Origin: Candidatus Kuenenia stuttgartensis
GTDB taxonomy: Bacteria > Planctomycetota > Brocadiia > Brocadiales > Brocadiaceae
Direction: 5' to 3'
NCBI RefSeq assembly: GCF_900232105.1
Contig: NZ_LT934425.1
Coordinates: forward strand, 510,001 to 542,000
DNA length: 32,000 nt
Below the pieces are notes generated by a model. It searched no databases. It was given only the letters and a program-made list of their open reading frames with translations, and had not been told where the DNA came from. Position numbers and translations under genes: made by a program. Every line of letters starts with the position of its first letter. Positions within the stretch are counted from its first letter, which is position 1. Below, piece after piece: positions 23,813 through 32,000 of this stretch.

Positions 23813-25168
23813 ATGTTGGATTTCCATTTTGACGGACCGTTCCCTTTGTTAAATGATACAATTAAAACTACTATACAAATATGTTTTGTTTATACATTAT
23901 TTGTAATAGTATATTTCGGTTGCAATAAAGCATATGCAATGGAACATAGACCTAATATTCTGCTTTTTACCATTGACGCCTGCCGGCCTGATCATCTTGG
24001 ATGTTACGGATATTCTAAAAACCTGACTCCGAATATTGATTCCCTTGCAAAAGAAGGGGCGCTGTTTATCAATGCATTTAGCCAGTCGGCATGGACTACG
24101 CCCGGGATGATTTCGATATTCACTTCCTTATATCCGTTTACCCATAAGGTGGAAGCCCGGGGAGATTCGCTGGATACAAAGGTAGTGACATTGCCTGAAA
24201 TTCTCAGGGAAAACGGATATGCCGTGCCCGTGCTGCCAAGGTTTGTTGATATCCCCAATTACCGGAACCTGGGTTTTGATGCGGTGGAAAAAGGGCAATT
24301 CGAGGGAAAAGAAGTCGGGGATTTGTTGAAATTATTACATGCCTACAAAGATCAACCGTTTTTTATATGGTATCATTATCACGGACTGCATTTGCCCTAT
24401 AATCCCCCGGATTCTTATCGCAAGGAAATTGCTGAAGCTAATGGTATGAAACCTGAGCACGAATCCGAAGGGGTTTCACTGATAAAAACGAAGTCGGTTA
24501 TCAAGCATGATGCCGTTGTTTTTACCGATGAGGAGAAAAGCCTTGCGGTTGCTTTGTATGATAGCCAGTTACCGCCATTGGACGATTCTATAGGGATACT
24601 GGCCGCGAAACTGAAGGAATGGGAATTGTACGAAAATACAATAATTATCATCACTTCCGACCATGGGGAAGAGTTGTTTGAACATGGGTTTGTTGGCCAT
24701 GCATCGACTTCGTTAAACGCAAAGCTGTACGATGAAATAATACGAATACCGCTCATCATTTTGTGGCCGAAAAAAATAACATACAAACGCATCGGCGCAA
24801 ACGTGCAACAGATTGATATTATGCCCACAATTCTTGATATGCTTGGTATTGCAAGCACAAATGCATCAGAGGGACGTTCACTGTTGCCGTTAATGGAAAA
24901 GGATCAAGGCGGGGAATCATCGATAGTCTATTGTGAAACCATTATGGGCGGATATCAAAGCACCGAAGTATTGCGAAATATCAGATTGCGCTGCATAAGG
25001 ACGGAGAGATGGAAGTTGATTGCCAAAAATGGCAATAATGTGGATACATATGAGCTGTATGACCTGAAAAACGACCCTGGAGAAAAAAATAACGTTGCCA
25101 AAAAATACCCGGATATTGCACTTGATTTGAAAGAAAAACTCTTTTCAAAAACCGGCAATAACAAATAG
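23813..25168 (+). CDS. Sulfatase-like hydrolase/transferase (alkaline-phosphatase superfamily), secreted
   Basis: Signal peptide, then NILLFTIDACRPDHLG, ITSDHGEELFEHGFVGHAS and YDLKNDPGE. At the position of the sulfatase C/S-x-P-x-R motif the sequence is TTPGM. Confidence 0.8.
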   Translation: MLDFHFDGPFPLLNDTIKTTIQICFVYTLFVIVYFGCNKAYAMEHRPNILLFTIDACRPDHLGCYGYSKNLTPNIDSLAKEGALFINAFSQSAWTTPGMISIFTSLYPFTHKVEARGDSLDTKVVTLPEILRENGYAVPVLPRFVDIPNYRNLGFDAVEKGQFEGKEVGDLLKLLHAYKDQPFFIWYHYHGLHLPYNPPDSYRKEIAEANGMKPEHESEGVSLIKTKSVIKHDAVVFTDEEKSLAVALYDSQLPPLDDSIGILAAKLKEWELYENTIIIITSDHGEELFEHGFVGHASTSLNAKLYDEIIRIPLIILWPKKITYKRIGANVQQIDIMPTILDMLGIASTNASEGRSLLPLMEKDQGGESSIVYCETIMGGYQSTEVLRNIRLRCIRTERWKLIAKNGNNVDTYELYDLKNDPGEKNNVAKKYPDIALDLKEKLFSKTGNNK

Positions 25169-25389
25169 TAACGGCGATGCATTTGTATGTTTTGGCGTGA
25201 ACGCATGTATAGTCAAAGAAATCCGATTTGGGAAATTCCTGGTAACCCGGCCGCTTAAAACACACCCCGCCTGCCTGTGCGTTACACGCAGATAGGTCAG
25301 CTACGCTGCCATCCCTCTTTTTAGAGGGAAAAATGAGAAGTCCCATCTATCAAGAGGGGATTTAGAGGTGTGTTTATTATTATAAAACC

Positions 25390-25620
25390 AGTCATCATGT
25401 TTCATTTGCAACACCCAGAAACGATGAAAATGGTTTTATAACCATATCGTGTTGTAGTATCTGTACTTAAGTACCTGCCCATAAATAACTCCTACAAGTT
25501 TTGATTGCAAAGTAATTTGCCGTGCGCTATTTTCCAGTGCATTCGGATAAGAAGAATCCACAGTTATATGATTTATTTATGGACAATTCCTAAGCTATTT
25601 TTTGTAGTCTTACTTTCGAG
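25390..25620 (+). repeat. Direct duplication D1 of the region upstream of the 26187 gene
   Basis: AGTCATCATGTTTCATTTGCAACACCCAGAAACGATGAAAATGGTTTTATA... and ...CTATTTTTTGTAGTCTTACTTTCGAG match 26033-26140. D1 carries an extra ~120 bp (25471-25592). Confidence 0.8.
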
Positions 25621-25685
25621 TTGGAAACATCTGGCATTTCTGTTTCTGTACCGGTTCAAATGTATAGGGCCATCCAAAAGGTATC

Positions 25686-25960
25686 AGCTTGTCATTGCTA
25701 GGGTATCGGCTTGTCATTGCGAGGGTCTCCACTTGTCATTGCGAGGGTCTTTTCCGAAGCAATCAGTATACTACGAGATATTTCGTGACGTAAGAAACGC
25801 CATATCACGGGAGAAGCAAATTAAGGGTGGCTCAAGGGCTAAAAAAATAGCATTAATTAATGGAATGAATGCAGGATGGAAGGATCTCTATGACGGTCTA
25901 TGAGATTGCTTCGGAAAAAGCCCTCGCAATGACAAGCTGATACCCTTGTAATGACAAGCA
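25686..25960. repeat. Long hairpin element: 22-bp tandem repeat x3 and its inverted copies flanking a GIY-YIG gene remnant
   Basis: The units are cagCTTGTCATTGCtAGGGTat, cggCTTGTCATTGCGAGGGTct and ccaCTTGTCATTGCGAGGGTct, then TTTCCGAAGCAATC. The inverted counterparts are GATTGCTTCGGAAA and GCCCTCGCAATGACAAGctg at 25904-25960. Confidence 0.8.
25766..25903 (+). pseudogene. C-terminal fragment of a GIY-YIG nuclease-family gene
   Basis: VYYEIFRDVRNAISREKQIKGGSRAKKIALINGMNAGWKDLYDGL matches the conserved C-terminus (..YYE.f.d...Ai.REKqlKgw.R.kK..Li...Np.W.DL) of the small GIY-YIG proteins. The GIY...YIG N-terminal half is absent. Confidence 0.7.
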
Positions 25961-26032
25961 TGTGGTTTTGGTATGATGGATAGAGCCTCGGATTTCTAAT
26001 CCGCTTCCGCTTGTAATGACAAAATAAGTCAT

Positions 26033-26140
26033 CAGTCATCATGTTTCATTTGCAACACCCAGAAACGATGAAAATGGTTTTATAGCCATATCATATTGCG
26101 GTACCTGTGCTTAAACTATCTTTTGTAGTCTTATTTTCGA
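26033..26140 (+). repeat. Direct duplication D2, immediately upstream of the 26187 gene
   Basis: See D1 (25390-25620). Confidence 0.8.
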
Positions 26141-26186
26141 GCCAAACGCCTTTGATTATACAAAAAAGAAAATAATTATTGCAGGC

Positions 26187-29100
26187 ATGAAAAAACATCA
26201 TATCAGGTACGACGGGAGGAAACTCCAGCCACCACGAATAAAGCATTCCTTACGGTTATTAGCAGTGTATTGCGGTTTCTTTCTGCTTATTTTAGCCCTT
26301 AATGGCGTTGCCTCTGTACAAACCAACTGGGCAGATAATTATCATCGCCCTGAAAATATTTTTGAAAAAGGGTGTAACGAGACACCTGCGCTGTTTACCG
26401 GGATAAATAAGTACCTATTGGCTAACAATGCACCTCACGATTTAGTCGCTATGCAATGGTTCTTAGACGGCAACGTCATGGCAAAACAGGCGGACATATT
26501 TACCGTTGAAGCGGCGAGTTTTGCAGAAGTGGAAGATGCAAAACAACATACCATGCGTGTTTCACGCATGGTACCCTTTCCTGTGTGGTTAGAACAGCGG
26601 GATCATATCTACGTTATTTGCGCAGGGTACTCCACCAGACAGGATGATTTATTGCCCTATGTGGAGTCGATTAAAAAAAACGGCTACCCAAAGGCGTCTT
26701 TGGGCATTGTCTCCTTAAAGGACAGAAAGGTTATTCTGGAGGCATCTCCTTCGCTTGAAATAAAGAGGAAGGGTGATGAACAATCTTTGGAGATTATGAG
26801 GAAGAAGCAGGTTGGTACGGGAAGGGTGGATCTTTCTGATGTGGAAGAGAAATTGCTCGAAAGCGATGAAGCATCTGAGGAATTCTTTCAGACGTACGAA
26901 GGAGACTATTATATTGGCAAGGCATGGAGAAGTTACCACGCGGGCAATTTTGACATGGCAATTGAATTTTTCCAATTTGCCGCTTCATTTACTGAAACCG
27001 CCAACGAAGCATATCTTGGCACTGCATATTGCTATATCGAACAGGACAGGAAAGACGAGGCGCTCTCTATTTTTGATAAATTAGTGGCAGAAAGATTTAA
27101 GTTAAAAGAGATTGCAGGCGTTCTGGCAAAAATAGAATATTTTGACAAAGCCCTCGAAGTGTGCAATAAGGTGCTGTACACCGACCCGTTTAATGCTGAT
27201 TTCCTGATGTTGAAACTAAATATTCTTCTGCAAAGAAAGAATTATGACGAGATGAGGACCATTCTGGCTGGAGTGCCAAATGATAAAAATACCCTCGAAT
27301 TATTATTGCTCGGTGCAGATATAGAGGCGTGGTCGAAAAACTATGAGAAGGCAATAGAAAAATATCAGCAATTAACAGAACAGTTTCCGGAAGAAGGCAA
27401 GGCCTGGCTGGGATACCTGAAGACGGTAACATGGTCAAAAAACTGGTTATTATTGTCGGACATTTTACCGCAAGGTATCGAAAAGATTGAAATGACGGAT
27501 GATGACCGCCCCTTTTTTGTGGATGCCTTTCTTGCATTGGGGAATATTGAAAAAGCGCTGGCGGTGTGGGATGAAATGGATGCAAATGCAAAGGACTGGA
27601 GCAAGTCTTTGTCAGCAATAGTTGATAAATATATGTCATTGGGGAAACTGGAGGAAGCGACACATTTACTGGAAAAAGTATTGGCGACCAGGAAGAAAGA
27701 TATTCACCTGGCGGAACAGTTGGCGTTAAACTATTTTTACTCGGAAATGCCGGAAAAGGGGTTTGAAGTAATCGGACAGTTTCAAACCGATCCGGAGGCG
27801 CAACTAAATATTGAACTCACAAGGGCGGAAATCTTCGCCCTGTTAAAAAATTATGAAGCGTCTTTGTCCATCCTGCAAACAATTGACGTATCAAAAGAAG
27901 AAGGAAATCGGGCAGAAACGGTGGAATTAGAGAGTTATTACGGATTGGAAAAAGATGAACAGCTTTTGGAAAAAGCGGCGCTCTATTTAGAAAAACCGCC
28001 GGAAGAGGACATAATTGACAGGGCAAAAATACTGACCCTTTCTATTCTCTCCCGGATAAGAATCGGGCAGTACAAAGATGCGGAAAAAGAGATTGAACTA
28101 TTATCCACTATGCTGCCGGAAGATTACGGCGCGGCGATTCTCAGGGTCTTGCTCAAAAATGCAAGTAAACAGTTAACTGATCGCGATGAATCGATACTGG
28201 CACTGGGCAAACAACTATCAGAGTATTCAAAAGACGTCGCTATGGTACGACCACAGCTCCTCGGTGATGAAACGCTGTATGACCAGACAAAGATTTTGTC
28301 AATGCATATTCTTGAAGCATGGAGAATCGCCGGTGAATTGTCAAACTATAAAAACAAAGACGTCCTGCAGCAATTGGCAAGGGCGGAATATAAAGCGGGC
28401 AATTACCAGCAATCTTTCGACATTTATACAGGACTCTATGAAGAAGAGAACAATGAGCGGTATAAAATGGGGATGGTGGAATGTATGCTGGACTATGGCA
28501 ATATAAAAAAGGCAACCGAATTATTTGATGAAATTCAAATGCTGCGTTTGCCGCCGAAAGACGTCCCCCGTTATTTCGAGAGTATGATTCGATTGCAAAA
28601 GGATGAAGTATTATTTTTTAATACAAAGCTGTCGCAGCTCCCTGAAGATAGCGCCGCTACGGTCACAATGAAAACATTGGTTATTATTGAGCGATTAATG
28701 AATGGCGATGAAGTTTTTGCTGATAATGAAATAAAGCGCTATCTTACAGAACGTCAGGAGGAGGTTTCCATCTTCCGCCTGACTTTGTCAAGAATGGGAT
28801 ATTTTGAAAAAGGGTTAATGGGGAAGTGTTATGCATTTGTAAAGAATCAGTACCTTAAAGCAATAGAACAGTATCCTGAGGATACGGGCATTCGCTATGA
28901 ATATGCAAAACATCTTGCTTCGCATCGTGAATACGCACCGGCAATAGAACAGCATTTGGCGCTGTATGAGCTTGACCCAAACGATTACCGGACGGTGAAA
29001 TGGCTGGCGCGATTGTATAGCTGGACGAAGCAGTTTGTAGAAGGATTGCAGTGGTATGAAAAATATGGAGAAATACGTCAGGGAGACCTTGCGGTGCGTC

Positions 29101-30140
29101 ATGAGATTGCGAGGGTTTACGGCTGGGCGCTGATGCTTGAAGAGGCAAACGAGGCATATGAAAAACTCTGCGAAGATTTTCCCGATAATCATGAACTCTA
29201 TTGGGAATGGCAGGCAAAGAAAAATAACTGGTTAAGGCGAAAGCGAACGGCGGTTTCTTATTATGAAAAATTAGTGGAGCGTCACCCGGAAGATGCGGAG
29301 CTGGTATTTGATCTGGGGCAATTATATTCGCAGCTCAATTTGAGCCGGAAATCGGAAGATACGTACAGAAAACTGCTTGTTTATGAACCGGGACATAACC
29401 GGGCGCTATTTGCAGCGGATTCAGAGAAATGGCGCAGAAAACAATCAGCCGGATTAAAAATTACGTACATCCATCAGGATGGAACAGGCGATACGTTCGG
29501 GAATTTTGAAATAACACGGTTCAGAACAGATGCGAATTACAAGCCGGCACGGATAATGGAGGCAACAGACGTTTCGTTGGGTCTTGGACATACCACATTC
29601 AATTTTTTGGACCATACCGGATCTACGGCAGATCATCTTTGGCTTAAGGGGAACAAAGATTTCCGGAATGGCGTTATGATATATTTAAACGGTGAATTGT
29701 CCACCTATACGGAAAACAATAAAGAAACGGTTCAATTTGAAACAGGCATACATTATCAAATAGCCGAATTGTTTGATGCTACCGTGTTTACAGGGAGAGA
29801 GGATGTCCTTGAGAATTTTATCACATTAAGCAATCACAGGGCACGCTACTATACCGGCGGGCGGATTATGTGGGATATTGATAAACGTGTTGACGTATAT
29901 GCGCAGGGGAAACAGTACTGGTATAATGACTGGAACGATGGCTTTGAGTATGACGTGTCTGTTGGGTATAAATTTTTTGTATATCCGAGGATTTTAAAAT
30001 TATCCGTACTACTATCCATCAATTTCTTGTTTTTTATGCGTGTTTTTCATGCCGCCATTTCCGTAAGTGCTTTAATATCAAGGGCTGAAGCGGTCATCAG
30101 TGAACAAGAGAACTTCTGGCCTTTCTCCGTCAAAACATAG
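26187..30140 (+). CDS. Giant TPR-repeat protein with C-terminal outer-membrane beta-barrel (PgaA/BcsC/YaiO-like architecture); 3' end disrupted near 30005
   Basis: It has a signal anchor, an N-terminal domain of ~230 aa, and ~800 aa of TPR-like helices (e.g. YYIGKAWRSYHAGNFDMAIEFFQFA). A beta-barrel-like region follows from ~aa 1090 (LKITYIHQDGTGD...DVSVGYKFFVYP). The last ~45 codons (30006-30140) are read-through into the antisense strand of the inserted element. Confidence 0.7.
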   Translation: MKKHHIRYDGRKLQPPRIKHSLRLLAVYCGFFLLILALNGVASVQTNWADNYHRPENIFEKGCNETPALFTGINKYLLANNAPHDLVAMQWFLDGNVMAKQADIFTVEAASFAEVEDAKQHTMRVSRMVPFPVWLEQRDHIYVICAGYSTRQDDLLPYVESIKKNGYPKASLGIVSLKDRKVILEASPSLEIKRKGDEQSLEIMRKKQVGTGRVDLSDVEEKLLESDEASEEFFQTYEGDYYIGKAWRSYHAGNFDMAIEFFQFAASFTETANEAYLGTAYCYIEQDRKDEALSIFDKLVAERFKLKEIAGVLAKIEYFDKALEVCNKVLYTDPFNADFLMLKLNILLQRKNYDEMRTILAGVPNDKNTLELLLLGADIEAWSKNYEKAIEKYQQLTEQFPEEGKAWLGYLKTVTWSKNWLLLSDILPQGIEKIEMTDDDRPFFVDAFLALGNIEKALAVWDEMDANAKDWSKSLSAIVDKYMSLGKLEEATHLLEKVLATRKKDIHLAEQLALNYFYSEMPEKGFEVIGQFQTDPEAQLNIELTRAEIFALLKNYEASLSILQTIDVSKEEGNRAETVELESYYGLEKDEQLLEKAALYLEKPPEEDIIDRAKILTLSILSRIRIGQYKDAEKEIELLSTMLPEDYGAAILRVLLKNASKQLTDRDESILALGKQLSEYSKDVAMVRPQLLGDETLYDQTKILSMHILEAWRIAGELSNYKNKDVLQQLARAEYKAGNYQQSFDIYTGLYEEENNERYKMGMVECMLDYGNIKKATELFDEIQMLRLPPKDVPRYFESMIRLQKDEVLFFNTKLSQLPEDSAATVTMKTLVIIERLMNGDEVFADNEIKRYLTERQEEVSIFRLTLSRMGYFEKGLMGKCYAFVKNQYLKAIEQYPEDTGIRYEYAKHLASHREYAPAIEQHLALYELDPNDYRTVKWLARLYSWTKQFVEGLQWYEKYGEIRQGDLAVRHEIARVYGWALMLEEANEAYEKLCEDFPDNHELYWEWQAKKNNWLRRKRTAVSYYEKLVERHPEDAELVFDLGQLYSQLNLSRKSEDTYRKLLVYEPGHNRALFAADSEKWRRKQSAGLKITYIHQDGTGDTFGNFEITRFRTDANYKPARIMEATDVSLGLGHTTFNFLDHTGSTADHLWLKGNKDFRNGVMIYLNGELSTYTENNKETVQFETGIHYQIAELFDATVFTGREDVLENFITLSNHRARYYTGGRIMWDIDKRVDVYAQGKQYWYNDWNDGFEYDVSVGYKFFVYPRILKLSVLLSINFLFFMRVFHAAISVSALISRAEAVISEQENFWPFSVKT

Positions 30141-31655
30141 CGGTTGGCCCTCGGAACTTTGCGGATTAGACCGTGTGCCCGCAGCATCTTTATCCGTCGG
30201 GTCGTTCGTCCGGAATATTTCTTTTGCTGATCCTTGCCGGATTGTTCGGATTCCCGGTAAAGCCACTTACGCAAATCATGGTTGCGGAATCCATTTATCG
30301 CGTTTTCGCCTTTGGACAGGAACATCAGCATCTGGTAATCATCCTGCTGCCAGGGATTCAAACCTCGATACCTCTTGCCCTCTTTGACAACCTTGTTACA
30401 AGCGCTGCTCACCACTTCTTTCAGTTTCTCCTCTACCTGAGCCGCCGCCAAAGCATCCCCATAACGATCATTGCATTGTTGGCTCACCTCACACCGTCGA
30501 TGAAGATCGCTTACGCCCTTACGCATCTTCTGCCATGACGCCGGTTTGCCTTCATCATCATTGGGACTCCGAAAGACCTTAAAGTCCCGCGTATTATTGA
30601 TCGTTGTCTCAATACGCAAGAGACTACCGCTCTTGTTATACATCTTCACTGAATTATAATTCACACTGTGCTTGACCCGTATACCTTCATAGCGTCTTCG
30701 ATAGTCGCTGATAACCTCATCAGGGGCAGCGCCTGCAAGGTTACGCCTACCCAAATACTTCATCACCGAAGAACTGTCGCAAACCCGCATCGCATGATGA
30801 ACAAACGATGGAAACAACTCCTCCAATGCCTCAACCGATTTAAACATGATGTCCGTCGCCCACTCCGTCTCATCCGCAGACCAGTAATACTCCGGTTCCA
30901 ACGGACGAAGAATCTGCGACAATGCCGGGCAACTGCCCAACGCAAGCCCGTTCAGCAGCTTCGCCCAGTCAGTCTTAAGCTGCTCATGGAGCAGAACCTG
31001 CGCAGCCGCAATATCCTCTATACGCACAAAACAGTTGCCGTCCTTAACATAATCAATACCTTGCTTCTGAAGTTGCCGCTCCAGCCAATGACGACCATTG
31101 AGACAAATGAAAATATTAAACGGCGCCCAACTCTGGATACGAACATGACCAAAACCAAACACTGGATCGTTAAAATAATGATACACAAAGACACACTTGC
31201 GGGGCGCCATTACCAACTCGAGCTTCTTGCTGGCCTTGTTGCCCTTGACCATCGGCGCAATACAAGGCTCTACCACACTCAACAGGCAGATGGAACCTTC
31301 CGTAATCCTCTTATCCGCCGCGATCTGGCGAGCCAACTTCTCCTTATCAACACCGCTGCTCATCAAATACCGCACCTCGATACCCAAATCTTTCGCCCGC
31401 GATTCACAACTGTCTCGCACCTGTGCCGTAAGCCCATTGACCCAACCGGAAAAATCCTTAAGCAGAATTCTCGCTTGGTTCATGAATGTTCCCATCCCAC
31501 GCTCACTGGCCAACCACCGCAATGTCCCGCGAAAACGAATCCTGTCCAGACCGCTTATTGCACCCACGATCCTGTCTCGATATAATTCCATCAACTTATT
31601 CATAAGTAGTGTCCTCCAAATTGTCTGATTACTATTTACGAGGATACTACTATAC
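30006..31655 (-). mobile_element. Compact IS-like element (~1.65 kb), family unassigned
   Basis: It has a single ORF filling the element, with 40-50 bp non-coding ends. The weak imperfect terminal inverted repeats are GTACTACTATCC (30006-30017) and GGATACTACTATAC (31642-31655). It interrupts the TPR/barrel gene, and a remnant end lies at 17758-17812. It is visibly more GC-rich than the flanks. Confidence 0.6.
30047..31603 (-). CDS. 518-aa protein of the IS-like element; putative non-canonical transposase with C-terminal winged-helix
   Basis: GGAGG SD. The C-terminus RRIKMLRAHGLIRKVPRANRYVLTEKGQK is wHTH-like (MarR-like recognition helix and wing). I found no clear DDE, HUH, serine or tyrosine recombinase signature. 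Confidence 0.55.
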   Translation of the reverse strand: MNKLMELYRDRIVGAISGLDRIRFRGTLRWLASERGMGTFMNQARILLKDFSGWVNGLTAQVRDSCESRAKDLGIEVRYLMSSGVDKEKLARQIAADKRITEGSICLLSVVEPCIAPMVKGNKASKKLELVMAPRKCVFVYHYFNDPVFGFGHVRIQSWAPFNIFICLNGRHWLERQLQKQGIDYVKDGNCFVRIEDIAAAQVLLHEQLKTDWAKLLNGLALGSCPALSQILRPLEPEYYWSADETEWATDIMFKSVEALEELFPSFVHHAMRVCDSSSVMKYLGRRNLAGAAPDEVISDYRRRYEGIRVKHSVNYNSVKMYNKSGSLLRIETTINNTRDFKVFRSPNDDEGKPASWQKMRKGVSDLHRRCEVSQQCNDRYGDALAAAQVEEKLKEVVSSACNKVVKEGKRYRGLNPWQQDDYQMLMFLSKGENAINGFRNHDLRKWLYRESEQSGKDQQKKYSGRTTRRIKMLRAHGLIRKVPRANRYVLTEKGQKFSCSLMTASALDIKALTEMAA

Positions 31656-31734
31656 TTTATAATAAACTAAAAATCACCTTTTTGGTTGCGGCCAAAGGCC
31701 GCGCTAGGAATTTAGTGGACTTAGATAATAGAAA

Positions 31735-31774
31735 TTTTTAAATTTTGAATTACCGGTAATTCAAAATTTAAAAT
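31735..31774. repeat. ~40-bp perfect AT-rich palindrome centred on CCGG
   Basis: TTTTAAATTTTGAATTACCGGTAATTCAAAATTTAAAA. Confidence 0.85.
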
Positions 31775-31784
31775 TAAACATTTC

Positions 31785-31992
31785 GTAACACTTTTGTTTT
31801 TTGAGAAATTTAGGGAGACACAAAAACAATGTAGCTCATGTAGCCCCGTTATGGGCGATCTGTTTGTAGCGCAATAAAATTCCACCATGGTAAATAGCTC
31901 CGTAGGAGCGGCCTGTATAGAATTGACAGGAAGACAGGCCGCTCCTGACGGAGCTTATAGGGCATACGTTTTTCAAAAGACTAAAGTGTTAC
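31785..31992. mobile_element. MITE-like palindromic element, second copy of the 19334-19632 family (short form)
   Basis: The ends are GTAACACTTTTGTTTTTTGAGAAATT and CGTTTTTCAAAAGACTAAAGTGTTAC. The internal sequence is ATGTAGCCCCGTTATGGGCGATCTGTTTGTAGCGCAATAAAATTC and TAGCTCCGTAGGAGCGGCCTGT...ACAGGCCGCTCCTGACGGAGCTTA. Confidence 0.7.
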
Positions 31993-32000
31993 AATATTTC

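Noticed and set aside
23505-23852. ORF 23505..23852 (+, 115 aa) between the methyltransferase and the sulfatase-like gene
   Set aside because: It has no recognisable motif, spans palindromic repeat sequence (TTCCCAtgctccagaTTGGGAA), and overlaps the signal-peptide-encoding start of the sulfatase-like gene.
1-32000. tRNA, rRNA, tmRNA, group II intron, retron/DGR reverse transcriptase, integron attC
   Set aside because: I scanned the intergenic regions by eye and found no T-loop GTTCGAATC-type motif, no rRNA-like conserved blocks and no RT-like ORF. My absence calls are only as good as visual inspection.

Overview
The window appears to come from a diderm bacterium with AT-rich intergenic DNA. 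I cannot assign a taxon from sequence alone, and all family names below rest on motif recognition, not on database searches. The housekeeping backbone consists of an M20 amidohydrolase, a minus-strand metal (probably zinc) uptake operon, an SLC13/DASS transporter, and an envelope cluster. The uptake operon encodes an outer-membrane barrel, a ZnuA-like binding protein, an embedded PGRP-type amidase, an ABC ATPase and a permease. The envelope cluster encodes a SAM methyltransferase, a sulfatase-like enzyme and a giant TPR plus beta-barrel protein. Several accessory or selfish layers sit on top of this backbone. (1) Positions 1-1614 hold a four-helix-bundle (23S IVS-type) gene and an intact but orphan cas6. 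This cas6 carries two in-frame (NGL)n insertions built from a 9-bp minisatellite, and the same minisatellite continues past its stop codon and flanks the four-helix-bundle gene. (2) Positions 2085-5430 hold a C-rich, strongly SD-driven four-gene Mu/Tn7-like transposition module: a DUF6431-like zinc ribbon, a frameshifted DDE transposase, an ExeA/TniB-like AAA ATPase and a primase-like zinc finger. (3) Positions 6069-7611 hold a translationally coupled ParA-like ATPase and a small adaptor-like protein. (4) Positions 18033-22654 hold an uncharacterised membrane-protein gene cluster, three genes of which are translationally coupled. (5) A compact element of about 1.65 kb (30006-31655) encodes an unclassified 518-aa protein and truncates the TPR/beta-barrel gene; a second remnant end lies at 17758-17812. 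(6) The intergenic DNA contains dense families of palindromic/MITE-like repeats, a GIY-YIG nuclease remnant inside a long hairpin, and a duplicated upstream region. No CRISPR array, tRNA or rRNA gene was seen.
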